Counted from the stretch's first letter, positions 20,695 to 32,169 are shown. The stretch is DNA of 64,000 nucleotides from Verrucomicrobiota bacterium (GCA_039818205.1 JBCBUK010000006.1:64001-128000), one strand, 5' to 3'. A program made the numbers and translations. The notes: generated by a model from the letters alone, not told the origin.

Positions 20695-21714
20695 TTATTG
20701 GAGGTAAGTTGGTAGATAGACCCAGTCTTGCGAGTCAAGAGCGCCGCCGGTTGCAGGCTTGCGAATAATGTATGCGTCACCTGCGCGCAGCTCAGTCGAG
20801 TCTGCAGGAGTTCCTGAATTGAACCAGCCGAATCCTTCGAAATAGGTGTAAACCGTTGGCTGCTTGAAATAGCCCGTGGCGTCATTGTTATAAGCAAGCA
20901 ATTCTATGCCATCAACTACTGCCAATCCCGAATTCGCCAATGTAGTATCGATTGGCGAATAAACACCGTAGTGTAAGTCATTTGTATTGGTGTCTGACGC
21001 CAATACCTGTCTGTTTTGGAACATCGGAACCGCCCCAGATACGGTCATGTTGAAACTTGCGCTCATTGGCGGTGTGCGCACTAAAATTCCTTGGCCTAGC
21101 TCAAGCAAAGTGTCATCGGCCGGGCTGCCAGAATTAAACCAGCCAAAGCCCTCGAAATAGGTCAATACTGTTGGTTGCTTGAACGCACCGATTGCAGAGT
21201 TATTATAAAGTAGCAGTTCGATACCGTCAGGGATTGTTGAGCCAGCAAACAAAGTCGCGGGAGTCCAGTAAGGGATGATTTGGAAGATGTCGCCCAAGCC
21301 AGCGCCGTCGGCGACTTCCGTTTGAACCGTTGCTAGCGAGCCGCCGTCCAAATCGAGAGTCACGGTGTCGGAACCGCTCGCGGTGATTTCGAAGTATGCA
21401 CCTTCAAGAGCGCCAGACAAGAAAACCAGGTAATAGGTGTTGGCTGGGTTCGAGGAGTCGACATCGCCATAGACGAAGCGGCCATCGGCCCAGTCTGGAG
21501 AGCCCAGAGCGGTAACGACATTCGAGGAAATGGAGTTTACCTTGCCCTCGAACGCGACTGCGCGGCTGAAGGGAACTGAAATTCGAGTGTCAGATTCGCC
21601 GTTGATTGGAATGACGATGCCACCCAAAGGATCTGTCGTGGCGGCTTGTACGCTAATGGCTGCTGCCGATACCAAGGCGAAGGTTGCGAATTTGCGGAAA
21701 GACTTAAGTTTCAT
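20695..21714 (-). CDS. TIGR02597-family secreted protein (Verrucomicrobia)
   Basis: TTDPLGG...SDTRISVPF, IIPYWTPATLF, SGAVP; internal duplication. Confidence 0.8.
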   Translation of the reverse strand: MKLKSFRKFATFALVSAAAISVQAATTDPLGGIVIPINGESDTRISVPFSRAVAFEGKVNSISSNVVTALGSPDWADGRFVYGDVDSSNPANTYYLVFLSGALEGAYFEITASGSDTVTLDLDGGSLATVQTEVADGAGLGDIFQIIPYWTPATLFAGSTIPDGIELLLYNNSAIGAFKQPTVLTYFEGFGWFNSGSPADDTLLELGQGILVRTPPMSASFNMTVSGAVPMFQNRQVLASDTNTNDLHYGVYSPIDTTLANSGLAVVDGIELLAYNNDATGYFKQPTVYTYFEGFGWFNSGTPADSTELRAGDAYIIRKPATGGALDSQDWVYLPTYLQ

Positions 21715-21947
21715 GGTAAGTGGGAGATAGAATGAAGTGAATAACCCTTATCAAATCAAGGCTATATTAGCATTAATGGGTTTTCTTGGAATGAATAAAT
21801 TAGTTCTAGCGGGGAATTTACGCCTCTTTTACGCATTTGCTAACAATTTCCTAATGGTTGGCCGTATCATGGGCATTTTTGTCGCAATTTGGTCAGAATC
21901 AACGCTTTCTTATTTATAATGAAATTAAATCTCAAATTAGATTGATT

Positions 21948-21964
21948 TTTGGAATCATTCCAAT
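21948..21964. promoter_or_regulatory. ICE/Fur-family-like operator upstream of fur-suf
   Basis: TTTGGAATCATTCCAAT containing a perfect 7-1-7 inverted repeat, in an AT-rich promoter region. Confidence 0.6.
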
Positions 21965-21977
21965 TTACTGCTATTTC

Positions 21978-22424
21978 ATGATCACTCTCCCAGCCAAAGC
22001 CAAGGAAGCCCTCGACCAAGCCCTCGCGAAAGGTGGGATGCGCTCGACGCGGCAACGGGAGCAGATTTACGCCGTTTTGCTTAAGAAGCGCGACCATCCT
22101 AGCGCGGACGAAGTCTATTCTCGCGCGAAAGAGGTAATGCCAACCATCTCACTGGCAACGGTTTACAACTGCCTCGAGACTTTGGTCGATTGCGGCCTTA
22201 TCAAAAAGCTCAATTACGAGCGTGAACCGAGTCGTTTTTGCCCGAATGACGGCGAGCACGCCCACTTCCTGGATGAAGCCAACGGTCGGGTTTACGACAT
22301 TTTGCTCCCGCCCGAGTTTCACGACACCATTCGTAACATTTTGCCCGAAGGATTTGAGGCCAAAAAGGTCAAGTTGTCCTTCACGGGGTATGCTCCGAAG
22401 AACATCGATTCCAACGTCATCTAA
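21978..22424 (+). CDS. Fur family transcriptional regulator (Irr/PerR-like, no CxxC motifs)
   Basis: RSTRQR, HPSADEVY, SLATVYNCL, HAHFLD. Confidence 0.9.
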   Translation: MITLPAKAKEALDQALAKGGMRSTRQREQIYAVLLKKRDHPSADEVYSRAKEVMPTISLATVYNCLETLVDCGLIKKLNYEREPSRFCPNDGEHAHFLDEANGRVYDILLPPEFHDTIRNILPEGFEAKKVKLSFTGYAPKNIDSNVI

Positions 22425-22448
22425 TAAAAATTTCTTTCAATCCAACCT

Positions 22449-23207
22449 ATGTCACTCGTAATTAATAACTTGAACGTCGGCATCGAAGACAAGCCGATCC
22501 TCAAAGATTTCTCATTGGAAATTCCAGCCGGTGAGGTCCACGCCATCATGGGGCCAAATGGCACTGGTAAAAGTACACTCGCGAAGGCTTTGGCCGGACA
22601 CGAGGATTATGAAATTAGCTCGGGTGAGGCGTTGTTCGACGGCGAGGACATCGTCGATATGGAGCCGGACGAAATCGCACGTCTCGGTTTGTTCATCGCT
22701 TTCCAATATCCGATTGAGATCCCTGGCGTGACGATTGCCAATTTTATCCGCGCAGCCTTGCAGGCGCGTCTCCCCGAAGGTGAGAAGGTCGTTGCCACGG
22801 AGTACTATAAGACGCTCCGTGCGACTATGGATGAGCTCAAGATCGACCGCAGCTTCTCCTCCCGCTCGATTAACGACGGTTTTTCCGGTGGTGAAAAGAA
22901 GCGTTGCGAGATCCTGCAAATGAAGATGCTCGATCCCAAATACGTGATCATGGACGAGACGGATTCAGGTCTTGATATTGACGCGCTTAAAATCGTCGCC
23001 GAAGGCGTCAACAATATGCGCTCACCCGATCGTGGCTTCCTGGTGATCACTCACTACCAGCGCTTGCTCGAATACATCGTCCCCGATGTGGTCCACGTCA
23101 TGTATGATGGGCGTATCGTCAAGACCGGCGGCAAGGAACTTGCTCTCGAACTCGAGGCCAAGGGCTACGACTGGGTCAAGGAAGAGCTGGCACCGGCAGG
23201 TGCCTAG
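22449..23207 (+). CDS. sufC: Fe-S cluster assembly ATPase
   Basis: [33 protein letters not shown]. Confidence 0.97.
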   Translation: MSLVINNLNVGIEDKPILKDFSLEIPAGEVHAIMGPNGTGKSTLAKALAGHEDYEISSGEALFDGEDIVDMEPDEIARLGLFIAFQYPIEIPGVTIANFIRAALQARLPEGEKVVATEYYKTLRATMDELKIDRSFSSRSINDGFSGGEKKRCEILQMKMLDPKYVIMDETDSGLDIDALKIVAEGVNNMRSPDRGFLVITHYQRLLEYIVPDVVHVMYDGRIVKTGGKELALELEAKGYDWVKEELAPAGA

Positions 23208-23257
23208 CCGCCTCCAATTGCTTTTATATACACACGAACCGTTAACGCTGCAATCCG

Positions 23258-24268
23258 ATGAATATCCAAGCTTACGCTGCCAATGAAGCCAAAGGAGACA
23301 TTGCCCCTTTTTCATATGAGTCGGGAGAACTTCGCCACGACGATGTTCTAATTGAAGTCGAGAACTGTGGTATTTGCCATAGCGACCTTTCAATGCTGAA
23401 CAACGATTGGGGAAATTCGATGTTTCCATTGGTCGCGGGCCATGAAGCGATCGGAAAAATTGTCGAGAAAGGCGCAGGTGTTGATCACCTTCAGTTGGGG
23501 CAACGCGTTGGCCTGGGCTGGTTTTCAGGTTCGTGCATGCACTGTTCGGAATGTATGTCTGGGCACCATAACCGCTGCGGCACGGCTGAACAAACCGTTG
23601 TCGGTCGCCATGGCGGTTTCGGCAGCCACGTTGTCAGCAAAAAGGAATGGGCAGTGCCACTGCCGGACTCGTTAGATTTTGCCAAGGCGGGTCCGCTGTT
23701 CTGTGGTGGATTGACGGTTTTCAATCCATTTGTGCAGAATGACATCAGCCCAATGGATCGTGTCGGCGTTATTGGGATTGGTGGCCTTGGCCACTTGGCA
23801 TTGCAGTTTGGCAACGCGTGGGGTTGCGAGGTCACCGCGTTCTCAACCTCGGCGGACAAAGAACCTGAAGCCCGTGAAATGGGCGCCCATCACTTCGTGA
23901 GCACAGGCGACGCCGATGCCCTGGCACAGATTGCTGGGACCCTGGACATGGTCCTGGTTACGGTGAACGTCGGTCTCGATTGGGGCGCCTACATTAACAC
24001 GTTGAAACCGGGCGGTAAGCTACACTTTGTTGGCGCGGCGCCACCCGCTGAGTTTACCCCGTTCCAACTGATCATGGGGCAGCGCTCTATTACGGCGACT
24101 CCGGTAGGTAGCCCGGTAACCGCTGGTCGCATGATTGAGTTCTGCGCACGCCATGAAATCAGCCCGGTAACGGAACACTTTCCCATGTCGAATATCAACG
24201 ACGCCTTCGAACACTTGAAATCCGGTAAGGCGCGTTATCGCATCGTCCTCGATGCCGACTTCAATTAA
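23258..24268 (+). CDS. Zn-dependent NADPH aldehyde reductase / alcohol dehydrogenase (Ahr-like)
   Basis: CGICHSD, GHE, CMHCSEC...C, GIGGLG, ARYRIVL. Confidence 0.92.
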   Translation: MNIQAYAANEAKGDIAPFSYESGELRHDDVLIEVENCGICHSDLSMLNNDWGNSMFPLVAGHEAIGKIVEKGAGVDHLQLGQRVGLGWFSGSCMHCSECMSGHHNRCGTAEQTVVGRHGGFGSHVVSKKEWAVPLPDSLDFAKAGPLFCGGLTVFNPFVQNDISPMDRVGVIGIGGLGHLALQFGNAWGCEVTAFSTSADKEPEAREMGAHHFVSTGDADALAQIAGTLDMVLVTVNVGLDWGAYINTLKPGGKLHFVGAAPPAEFTPFQLIMGQRSITATPVGSPVTAGRMIEFCARHEISPVTEHFPMSNINDAFEHLKSGKARYRIVLDADFN

Positions 24269-24291
24269 AATCATCTAAGTAGGAGCAAATC

Positions 24292-25701
24292 ATGAGCACC
24301 ACCGCACCCGAGATCGAAATCGATCGCAGCAAAGGCGATTTTTCTTACGCCGAAGACTATAAGTATGATGCCGGCATTGGCCTTTCGCCGGATACGATTG
24401 ACTATATTTCCAACGTTAAGGGCGAAGAGTCCTGGGTTAACGAGTTCCGCCAAAAGGCGTTGAAGATTTTCCAGGACAAGCCAATGCCCACGCATTGGGC
24501 CAGTCAGGACCTGGACACGATCAAGTTTGACGATGTCCGCTATTATTTGTCCAAGGGTCAAAAGCCATCGCGCACTTGGGATGAAGTGCCAGACGATGTG
24601 AAGGAAACCTTCGAGCGTCTTGGTATTCCCGAGCAGGAGCGTGCCTTCTTGGCGGGTGTTGAGGCTCAGTTTGATTCCGAAGCGGCTTACTCACGCATGA
24701 AGGAGGACTTGGAGAAGTTGGGCGTCATCTTTGTGGGGCCACACGAAGGCCTGCACGAGCATCCTGAGCTCTTCAAACGTTTCTTCGGTAAGGTCATTCC
24801 AATTGGCGACAACAAGTTCTCGGCCTTGAATAGCGCTTGTTTCTCTGGCGGTAGCTTTATCTACGTGCCCAAGGGCGTGAAGGTTGCTCAGCCGCTGCAG
24901 GCGTATTTCCGGATCAACGCGGAAAACTTCGGCCAGTTCGAGCGGACTTTGATCATTGCCGATGAGGGTTCGGAAGTTACCTACATGGAGGGCTGTACTG
25001 CGCCAAAATTTGAAACCGCAACCCTCCACGCCGCGGTCGTTGAGCTCGTCGCGCTGAAGGGTGCGAAGATTCAATACATCACGGTTCAGAATTGGTCGAA
25101 CAACGTATTCAATTTGGTGACCAAGCGTGGAATGGCCGAAGAGGATGCCGAGATTCGCTGGATCGATTGCAACATCGGTAGCCGTTTGACCATGAAGTAC
25201 CCCGGTGTCATCCTGAAGGGTGAGCGTGCGCGGGGAGAGGTCTTGTCGATTGCCTTGGCTAACGATGGGCAGCACCAGGACACCGGTGCGAAGATGATCC
25301 ACGCTGCACCGAATACGACTTCGAACATCATCGCGAAATCCATTTCTATCGGCGAGGGTCGGAGCACTTACCGTGGCCAGGTCCACATTCCCAAGCGTTT
25401 GTCGAACTGCAAGAACAACACCGAGTGTGATGCCTTGCTGATTAACACGAACTCGCGAACCGATACCTACCCGGCAATTACCGTTCGGGGCGATCACAAT
25501 TCCGTTCAGCACGAAGCCAGCGTATCTAAGGTGAGCGCCGAGCAGATCTTCTACATGCAGCAGCGTGGACTCGAAGAAGCGCAGGCGATGAGCTTAGCCG
25601 TGAATGGCTTCGTCAATGACCTCGTTCGCGAATTTCCGATGGAGTATTCCGTCGAGTTGAAGCGATTGATCGACCTCGAGATGGAAGGTTCCGTCGGTTA
25701 A
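24292..25701 (+). CDS. sufB: Fe-S cluster assembly protein
   Basis: [37 protein letters not shown]. Confidence 0.98.
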   Translation: MSTTAPEIEIDRSKGDFSYAEDYKYDAGIGLSPDTIDYISNVKGEESWVNEFRQKALKIFQDKPMPTHWASQDLDTIKFDDVRYYLSKGQKPSRTWDEVPDDVKETFERLGIPEQERAFLAGVEAQFDSEAAYSRMKEDLEKLGVIFVGPHEGLHEHPELFKRFFGKVIPIGDNKFSALNSACFSGGSFIYVPKGVKVAQPLQAYFRINAENFGQFERTLIIADEGSEVTYMEGCTAPKFETATLHAAVVELVALKGAKIQYITVQNWSNNVFNLVTKRGMAEEDAEIRWIDCNIGSRLTMKYPGVILKGERARGEVLSIALANDGQHQDTGAKMIHAAPNTTSNIIAKSISIGEGRSTYRGQVHIPKRLSNCKNNTECDALLINTNSRTDTYPAITVRGDHNSVQHEASVSKVSAEQIFYMQQRGLEEAQAMSLAVNGFVNDLVREFPMEYSVELKRLIDLEMEGSVG

Positions 25702-25747
25702 GGTTTATTCACTGAAATTATTAACGCATACCAATTATTCCCCGATT

Positions 25748-25963
25748 ATGGACAAAAATAATGTTGAGAAATTACTGAAGGCCGAGCCATTCAAACCGTT
25801 TTGTTTCGTCCTGCCCAAGGGTAGGAAAGTATGCGTTTCTGATCCAGAATGTGCGGACATTCCCAACAAGGGTAACAACCTGGTGGTTTGGGAAGCCGAG
25901 CAAGAAGCCTACTCAATCGTGAGCTTACCCCACGTTGACCGCATTGAGCCGCAAGCCGTTTAA
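25748..25963 (+). CDS. Small hypothetical protein (PFxPF motif, PVC-type)
   Basis: LLKAEPFKPF..LPKGR..V.DPE; fills the gap between sufB and sufD. Confidence 0.65.
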   Translation: MDKNNVEKLLKAEPFKPFCFVLPKGRKVCVSDPECADIPNKGNNLVVWEAEQEAYSIVSLPHVDRIEPQAV

Positions 25964-26017
25964 TTTCACATCAATTTTGGACCAATGAGATTGGTCCAAC
26001 CTGCATCTAACCTTTTT

Positions 26018-27349
26018 ATGTCCCTAGCAACGCCAACCTTGAGCAAGAAATTTAGCGAAGAGAACTTCCGCAATCACCTGGAGCAATTCTGGCCTGACGC
26101 CGAATGGGTTCAGCAGGTGAAGCAGGAGAACTGGCAGCGCTACCTCGAGCTCCCAGAGCCAACGCGCAACGATGAACGCTACCGCTTCACCGACCTGAAG
26201 AAGGTGACGCTAGATGACTTTCGCGCGGCTCAAGAACCCGATGAGGACAAGAAGAAGTTCGCGGTGGAGTCGTCGAACCTTGTCGCTGATCCTGCGGGTA
26301 AGCTGGTCTTTAGTGACAACTTTCTTGTTGAATTCAAAGGACTTGATGAGGAGCTCGTGAAGCAAGGCGTCATTTGGATGCCGCTTCAACAGGCTGCCGT
26401 TGAGCATCCGGAATTGGTGCAAAAGTATTTCTCCGAGGAAGAGCAGATGCTGGGTTCGGAAAAGCTCTTGGCTTTGCACAATGCCTTCTTCCACGGCGGT
26501 AGTTTCCTCTATGTGCCCAAGGGTGTCGTTATCGAGAAGCCAATCTGCGCCTACTACTGGTCCGTAGATTGCCATGAGGCGATTTTCCCGCACACGCTCC
26601 TGGTTGTGGAGGACAATGCCAAAGTCGATTTCTTTGATTACTATGGCTCCCTCGATGGTTGCTGCCCATCCTTGTCCTGTGGGGTCGGAACGATCTATGC
26701 GGGGCAGGGGGCACAGGTCTTCCGCAAAATCGTTCAGAATTTTAATGAAGACGCGCGCTCTATTCAACTGGAGTCAAACATCGCCAGCCGGGATAGTCAG
26801 GTGAAGACAATCGCCGTTAACGTTGGCTCGGCTTATGCGCGATTGCAAAACCACACTCGCATTGTCGGAGCTGGTGCCGATGTGAAAATGTATGGCCTCA
26901 CGGTTGCGCGTGGTGAGCAGGAATTTGACCAACGTACTTTGCAGATCCACGAGGCGCCTCACGCAACGAGTGACTTGCTCTTCAAGAATGTGTTGTTGGA
27001 TAATGCTCGGACGATTTTCTCCGGCCTGATCAAGGTCGATAAGGATGCCCAACAAACCGACGCTTACCAAACCAACCGCAATCTTTTGCTATCCAAGACT
27101 GCTGAAGCGAATAGCTTGCCCGGCTTGGAGATTGAGGCGAACGACGTGAAGTGTTCGCATGGTGCCACCACCGGCCAAGTCGATCAGAGTGAACTCTTTT
27201 ATCTGATGAGCCGCGGTATCCCGAAGAGCAAAGCGTATGAGCTTCTCGTTTATGGATTCTTCGAAGAGATCGTGGAGAAGATCAACAACGAAGAGCTCCG
27301 CGAGAACGTTCGCAAATTGGTGCAAAGTCAGTTCCAAGTCGCTTCTTAG
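26018..27349 (+). CDS. sufD: Fe-S cluster assembly protein
   Basis: ERYRFT, AQQTDAYQ, PGLEIEANDVKCSHGAT, FYLMSRGI. Confidence 0.95.
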   Translation: MSLATPTLSKKFSEENFRNHLEQFWPDAEWVQQVKQENWQRYLELPEPTRNDERYRFTDLKKVTLDDFRAAQEPDEDKKKFAVESSNLVADPAGKLVFSDNFLVEFKGLDEELVKQGVIWMPLQQAAVEHPELVQKYFSEEEQMLGSEKLLALHNAFFHGGSFLYVPKGVVIEKPICAYYWSVDCHEAIFPHTLLVVEDNAKVDFFDYYGSLDGCCPSLSCGVGTIYAGQGAQVFRKIVQNFNEDARSIQLESNIASRDSQVKTIAVNVGSAYARLQNHTRIVGAGADVKMYGLTVARGEQEFDQRTLQIHEAPHATSDLLFKNVLLDNARTIFSGLIKVDKDAQQTDAYQTNRNLLLSKTAEANSLPGLEIEANDVKCSHGATTGQVDQSELFYLMSRGIPKSKAYELLVYGFFEEIVEKINNEELRENVRKLVQSQFQVAS

Positions 27350-27432
27350 TTCGCGATTATCAGCAAACGGTTTTCACCGTTTGTGTGCATTCAAGGTTGT
27401 CAATCTAGGCGGTATTACCTACTAATACCGGC

Positions 27433-29289
27433 ATGAATGCGCGTTGCTTTACCTTGCTGGCCTTGGTGGCTAGCTGCTTGGTTTGCATCAGTCCGATCTC
27501 GGCTCAACCCGACGACGAATTTGTCCCAATTACCTCGGACCAAAACCCGGCAGAGATTGCTGGAATGCTAGAGGAGATTACCGTGATCGAACGGGGAGCT
27601 GATGACTACTATTTGCTCCATCCGGCAGATACCAGTAGCCCGCGCGATACGCTTATCAGTTTCCTGAAGCTCACTCAGCGTTATTATGATTTAATTAGCG
27701 CCGATGACTTTTCTGCCAGTGATCTGGCGGAGCGCGCTCACTTGTTTGAGCAGATGGAAGGTTTTTTTGACCTTCGTGAAGTGCCGCCTTCATTCCGAGA
27801 CGACTACGCCTCGGCCACAGCGGTCTACTTGCGCGAGGTCTTGGACCGGGTGGGGATCCCGGAAATCGAGGACATTCCTGATGAAGAAAGCATGCACGCG
27901 GCAATCGAGGACGGTTATCCGCCGCGTTGGCAAATGCCGAATACACCCTTCGAGATTATTCGCATAGAGGATGGCCAGGAGGAAGGGAACTACCTTTTTA
28001 CACTGGAGACGAGCAAGAGCGCCCGGCCGTTGTTTTATCATGTTCGCCACCTGCCTTACGTTACCGATGATGCGGAAGATTTCTACTATTACTACTTTCT
28101 CACGCCAAACCCATTGATCCCGCGGGCTTGGGTGGAATCGTTGCCTGCGTGGATGCTTTATGATTTTATGGAGCAGACAATCTGGCAATGGCTGTCGATG
28201 ATTGTTGTTCTGGTTCTGGCAGCCTCACTCGTTCTAGGGCTGCATCGATTGGTAAGACGGATTTCAGGTGATTGGCCTGCGGTCGCTCGGCATTCGGTGT
28301 TTCTTGTGGTTCCGGCCAGTGCGATCGCAAGCGCTTACGGTGCCCACAACCTAATCGACGATAAGATTTTCATCACGGGTGCGGTCTTTCAAGTTGTCGT
28401 CTACCTCATCTATACCTCGATCTTGGTGAATGCAGTCATCATTGCATTCGTTCTGGGCACCGTGCTTTCAGATTTGGTTTCGGGGTCGGAAAAGTTAAAA
28501 GATCGAACCTTTGATGCGCATTTGGCACGTTTAGGCATCCGCATCGTCAGTATTATCGCCTGCATCACGATATTGATCGAGGGATTACACTATGTCGGTT
28601 TTTCGATTGCCACGGTCATCGCTGGGGCTGGGGTAACGGGGCTCGCGGTGGCACTCGCCGCGCAAAATACCCTGCGGAACATATTTGGTAGCCTCATGAT
28701 CCTGCTGGACAAACCCTTCCGGGTTGGCCAGCGCGTGAAGATTGGCAGTGCGGATGGGACGGTTGAAGAAATCGGTCTGCGGTCCACGAAGATTCGCTTG
28801 CTCAATGGCCATATGACCACGATTCCTAACGACAAGGTAGCGGATGCCGAAATCGAAAATATCGGCATGCGCCCATACATTCGACGAGTCTCCAGTATAA
28901 CGATCACTTACGATACACCGCAGGAGAAGATTCCGCTAGCGGTCGATATTATACGCGAGGTGTTGTCCGTCCCGGAGGGCTATGATGACAGCTCAGGCAA
29001 GCCCCATCCAATGGCGGCGGTCAATCATCCTGATTTTCCACCGCGAGTATTTTTCAATGAGCTGAATGCCGACTCGTTGAACATATTAATGATCTATTGG
29101 CACCATCCGCCGCAGTATTGGGATTTCCTTGAACTGAGCCAGCAGATCAACGAAGCTATTATGAAACGGTATGGAGAAGCAGGCATCGAGTTTGCGTTTC
29201 CAACTCAAACGATACACATTGCGGGCGAAAATGCGGTTCCCTTTCCTGGTATCCAGGGAGACGATGGGGACGTAGCGAGTACCAGCTGA
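27433..29289 (+). CDS. MscS family mechanosensitive channel with N-terminal periplasmic domain
   Basis: [42 protein letters not shown]. Confidence 0.93.
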   Translation: MNARCFTLLALVASCLVCISPISAQPDDEFVPITSDQNPAEIAGMLEEITVIERGADDYYLLHPADTSSPRDTLISFLKLTQRYYDLISADDFSASDLAERAHLFEQMEGFFDLREVPPSFRDDYASATAVYLREVLDRVGIPEIEDIPDEESMHAAIEDGYPPRWQMPNTPFEIIRIEDGQEEGNYLFTLETSKSARPLFYHVRHLPYVTDDAEDFYYYYFLTPNPLIPRAWVESLPAWMLYDFMEQTIWQWLSMIVVLVLAASLVLGLHRLVRRISGDWPAVARHSVFLVVPASAIASAYGAHNLIDDKIFITGAVFQVVVYLIYTSILVNAVIIAFVLGTVLSDLVSGSEKLKDRTFDAHLARLGIRIVSIIACITILIEGLHYVGFSIATVIAGAGVTGLAVALAAQNTLRNIFGSLMILLDKPFRVGQRVKIGSADGTVEEIGLRSTKIRLLNGHMTTIPNDKVADAEIENIGMRPYIRRVSSITITYDTPQEKIPLAVDIIREVLSVPEGYDDSSGKPHPMAAVNHPDFPPRVFFNELNADSLNILMIYWHHPPQYWDFLELSQQINEAIMKRYGEAGIEFAFPTQTIHIAGENAVPFPGIQGDDGDVASTS

Positions 29290-29302
29290 GAAAAGAAAAT
29301 CA

Positions 29303-29863
29303 ATGAGCGCTAACAATCAACGCGTCTTGGAACGCGACGTCGAAGGAACAGTTATCCCAGCCGGGGATAAGGTAACGCTGCCCGCTGGGACCAAAGTCGA
29401 TATCACGCATCGGCTCGGTGGAAATTTCACGGTGGTCTGCGACTACGGAATGTTCCGCATTCTGGGAACCGATGCGGATGCCCTCAATGAAGAGGTGCCG
29501 GATTCCGTGAAAACGGCATCGAGTGCCACGAGCGAAGACAGCCACGAAGGCCCGCCGGCCGAGGAGGCGATTTGGGATGCGCTCAAATCTGTTTATGACC
29601 CGGAGATTCCGGTTAATATAGTGGACCTCGGCTTGGTCTACTCGATGGAGATCATCCCCGAGGAGAACCTCCACCGCATCGAAGTGCAGATGACCTTGAC
29701 CGCTCCTGGTTGTGGCATGGGCCCGGCGATTGCGGAAGACGCCAAGACGCGCGTGGAAACCGTGCCAGGTGTGGCCGAAGCCAAGGTTGATATCGTGTGG
29801 GACCCGCCCTGGACCCAGGACATGATCTCCGAAGAAGGTAAAATGGAGCTGGGTCTTATCTGA
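29303..29863 (+). CDS. sufT: Fe-S cluster assembly protein SufT (long DUF59 form)
   Basis: [39 protein letters not shown]. Confidence 0.93.
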   Translation: MSANNQRVLERDVEGTVIPAGDKVTLPAGTKVDITHRLGGNFTVVCDYGMFRILGTDADALNEEVPDSVKTASSATSEDSHEGPPAEEAIWDALKSVYDPEIPVNIVDLGLVYSMEIIPEENLHRIEVQMTLTAPGCGMGPAIAEDAKTRVETVPGVAEAKVDIVWDPPWTQDMISEEGKMELGLI

Positions 29864-29990
29864 TTCAGATCCAGTTCTGCTGCCCGAAGATGCTCTCGCC
29901 CAGGAAATTATCCGGATGGGAGGAACTTCCTAGCGCCAAAATAGTCATTTTTGATTGGTAAATTTCTAACTCTAGCCTAACGGTGTTCCT

Positions 29991-30614
29991 ATGATCGAAT
30001 CGAAAGCAAAAACTCCCTGGTTCAAGTGCGAAGAAGAAGAGAAGAGCAGCGATGCCAGCAAGGCAGGCGTGCAGATGCTCATCGAGAAGAAGTTCCTCGA
30101 AGAACGAAAGATTTTCCTGTGGGGTGAAGTCAACGACGAGTCCATGAAGATTGTCATGGAGAAGATGCTTTACCTGGAGGCCGACAAGCCTGGCGAAGAA
30201 ATCAAGTTTTACATCAACTCCCCCGGTGGATCGATCACCGCAGGGATGGCCGTCTATGACACCATGCAGATGATCTCCTCACCGATCGCGTGTATCGTTA
30301 CCGGCATGGCAGCATCCATGGGGTCCATTTTGCTTTCGGGCGGCACCAAGGGGCGGCGTTTCGTCTACCCACACGCTCGTGTTCTTATTCACCAGCCGTT
30401 GATTATGGGCCGCATCGTGGCACCTGCTGTCGATATCAACATCCAGGCGGAGGAGATGGAGAAACTGCGGGAGGAGTTGAACCGTGTCCTCGCCGAAGCC
30501 TCCGGTCAGCCGATGGAAAAGATTCGCCAAGATACCGACCGCGACTTCTACCTGACCGCAGAAGAGTCCATCGAATACGGTCTCGCCGACGCGATCGCCG
30601 AAAAGATCGACTAA
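29991..30614 (+). CDS. clpP: ATP-dependent Clp protease proteolytic subunit
   Basis: YINSPGG, AASMGS (Ser), IHQP (His), DRD (Asp). Confidence 0.96.
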   Translation: MIESKAKTPWFKCEEEEKSSDASKAGVQMLIEKKFLEERKIFLWGEVNDESMKIVMEKMLYLEADKPGEEIKFYINSPGGSITAGMAVYDTMQMISSPIACIVTGMAASMGSILLSGGTKGRRFVYPHARVLIHQPLIMGRIVAPAVDINIQAEEMEKLREELNRVLAEASGQPMEKIRQDTDRDFYLTAEESIEYGLADAIAEKID

Positions 30615-30633
30615 TTACGATTTCGGGTGGTTC

Positions 30634-31071
30634 CTAGTCGCCGACTGGAATCACCATTACCGGACAGTTGGCTTGCTGAATCACGCTTTCTTCGGTGCTT
30701 CCGGCGATGAGCCGATGCCAGATGCCGTGGCCGTGTGAACCGATGACAATCAACTCCGCCTGGAGGTCATCGGCCTCCTTGACGAGCATTTCCGCCGTTG
30801 GCCCTTGAATGAGCATTGCGGTGGCATCGATGCCGTCCGCATTGAGTTCCTCCGCGCGAATGCGGAGGTCTTCGTGTTCCTTTCGCAGGTGCTCGGCACG
30901 GAACTGGCGCTCGTTGTCCGGCCCCGCATCGTAGCCGACAAAGGATGGATCTGGCGCGGCAACGTGGACTAGCCATAGCTTCGCTCCCCGCAGCTGCGCT
31001 TCCTTGGCGGCGGTGGTGACGACTCCCTTGCCCGCATCTGAAAAATCGACTGCGCAAATGACAACACTCAT
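30634..31071 (-). CDS. Universal stress protein
   Basis: AVDFS, LVHV, IVIGSHG...GS, CPVMVI. Confidence 0.92.
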   Translation of the reverse strand: MSVVICAVDFSDAGKGVVTTAAKEAQLRGAKLWLVHVAAPDPSFVGYDAGPDNERQFRAEHLRKEHEDLRIRAEELNADGIDATAMLIQGPTAEMLVKEADDLQAELIVIGSHGHGIWHRLIAGSTEESVIQQANCPVMVIPVGD

Positions 31072-31230
31072 GTTGTTATTCTGGAGCGGATATACCTCGA
31101 GGGCAAGGAGTTTCGGGGTTCGAGGCTTGATGTTGGCGCGGAACCTTGAGGGTGATCAGTCACGGCCACAAAACGATAATTTGGCTAGAAAACGTTGGCC
31201 TTTAAGGCGGCGTACCGGTATCCATTTTCT

Positions 31231-32169
31231 ATGATTCGACATCGTTTGTTCACAGAAAAATGCCTCACCCGACTAGTCGCGGGTTTCGTTGCTGTCGTTT
31301 TGCTTTCGGTTGAAATGAGTGCCCAGGCACCACTGGGTTTTCGGCGCGCCTCTTTTCTCACGGATATCAGTGGTTTAGCCTGGATCGACGGTGATCGCTT
31401 TTTGGCTGTCCATGACGCGAAAGCCGACGACGAAAAACTCGATCCGCGAATCAGCATTCTCTATCTTCCATCAAACGATACGGGTATCCGGTTCCGGTCC
31501 CGATCCCTCCGATATCGCGGGGAGCTGAGCAACGATCTGGAAAGCATTGCCGCCATCCCAGGAACAAACCAGTACCTGCTTTGCGAGAGTGGCGACAGCG
31601 ATTTTGATGGCTCGGATGACGAGCTGCGGATTTACAAGGTGGAGGTCGTGCGGAATTCGGTGAGGATTTTGGATCGAATCAATTGGCCTGCGCCCATCTT
31701 CAATGTCGAGGCCACCACTATTGGAAAATTGGGTGACGCCTACGTATTCATTTATGCCGAGCGGGCCGAAGGTGAGCCGACTACTGAAGTCAACTGGGCA
31801 CCGTTCAACCCAAATGATTTAACCTTTGGCGAGTTCCAATCGGTGACCTATGAAAACCCAGATCCAGATTCATTCAACCGGGCGATTGTTGGTTTCAGCC
31901 TAAGCAGCGACAATGAGATTTACTCTGTCGCGTCCTACGATCCTGACGTCGATAATGGGCCGTTTGCGGGTGGCGTTTACCGAATTGGTGTGCTCGAAGA
32001 CGATGGTGGGCCAGTGATCACGCTCTACGATGACCCCGTTCTCGAAGGAATTATTGACGGCTTTAAAAGTGAATCGATCGCAATTCGCGAAACCCAAGCC
32101 GATGGCCTGGAAATTTTTGTCGGTTTCGACGACGAGAACTTTGGAGGAACGATTCGCCAGATGCCCTAG
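31231..32169 (+). CDS. Hypothetical secreted protein, possible beta-propeller (phytase-like)
   Basis: Signal peptide; DISGLAW, DLESIA, NVEA, KSESI, DDEN blade-like motifs. Confidence 0.6.
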   Translation: MIRHRLFTEKCLTRLVAGFVAVVLLSVEMSAQAPLGFRRASFLTDISGLAWIDGDRFLAVHDAKADDEKLDPRISILYLPSNDTGIRFRSRSLRYRGELSNDLESIAAIPGTNQYLLCESGDSDFDGSDDELRIYKVEVVRNSVRILDRINWPAPIFNVEATTIGKLGDAYVFIYAERAEGEPTTEVNWAPFNPNDLTFGEFQSVTYENPDPDSFNRAIVGFSLSSDNEIYSVASYDPDVDNGPFAGGVYRIGVLEDDGGPVITLYDDPVLEGIIDGFKSESIAIRETQADGLEIFVGFDDENFGGTIRQMP

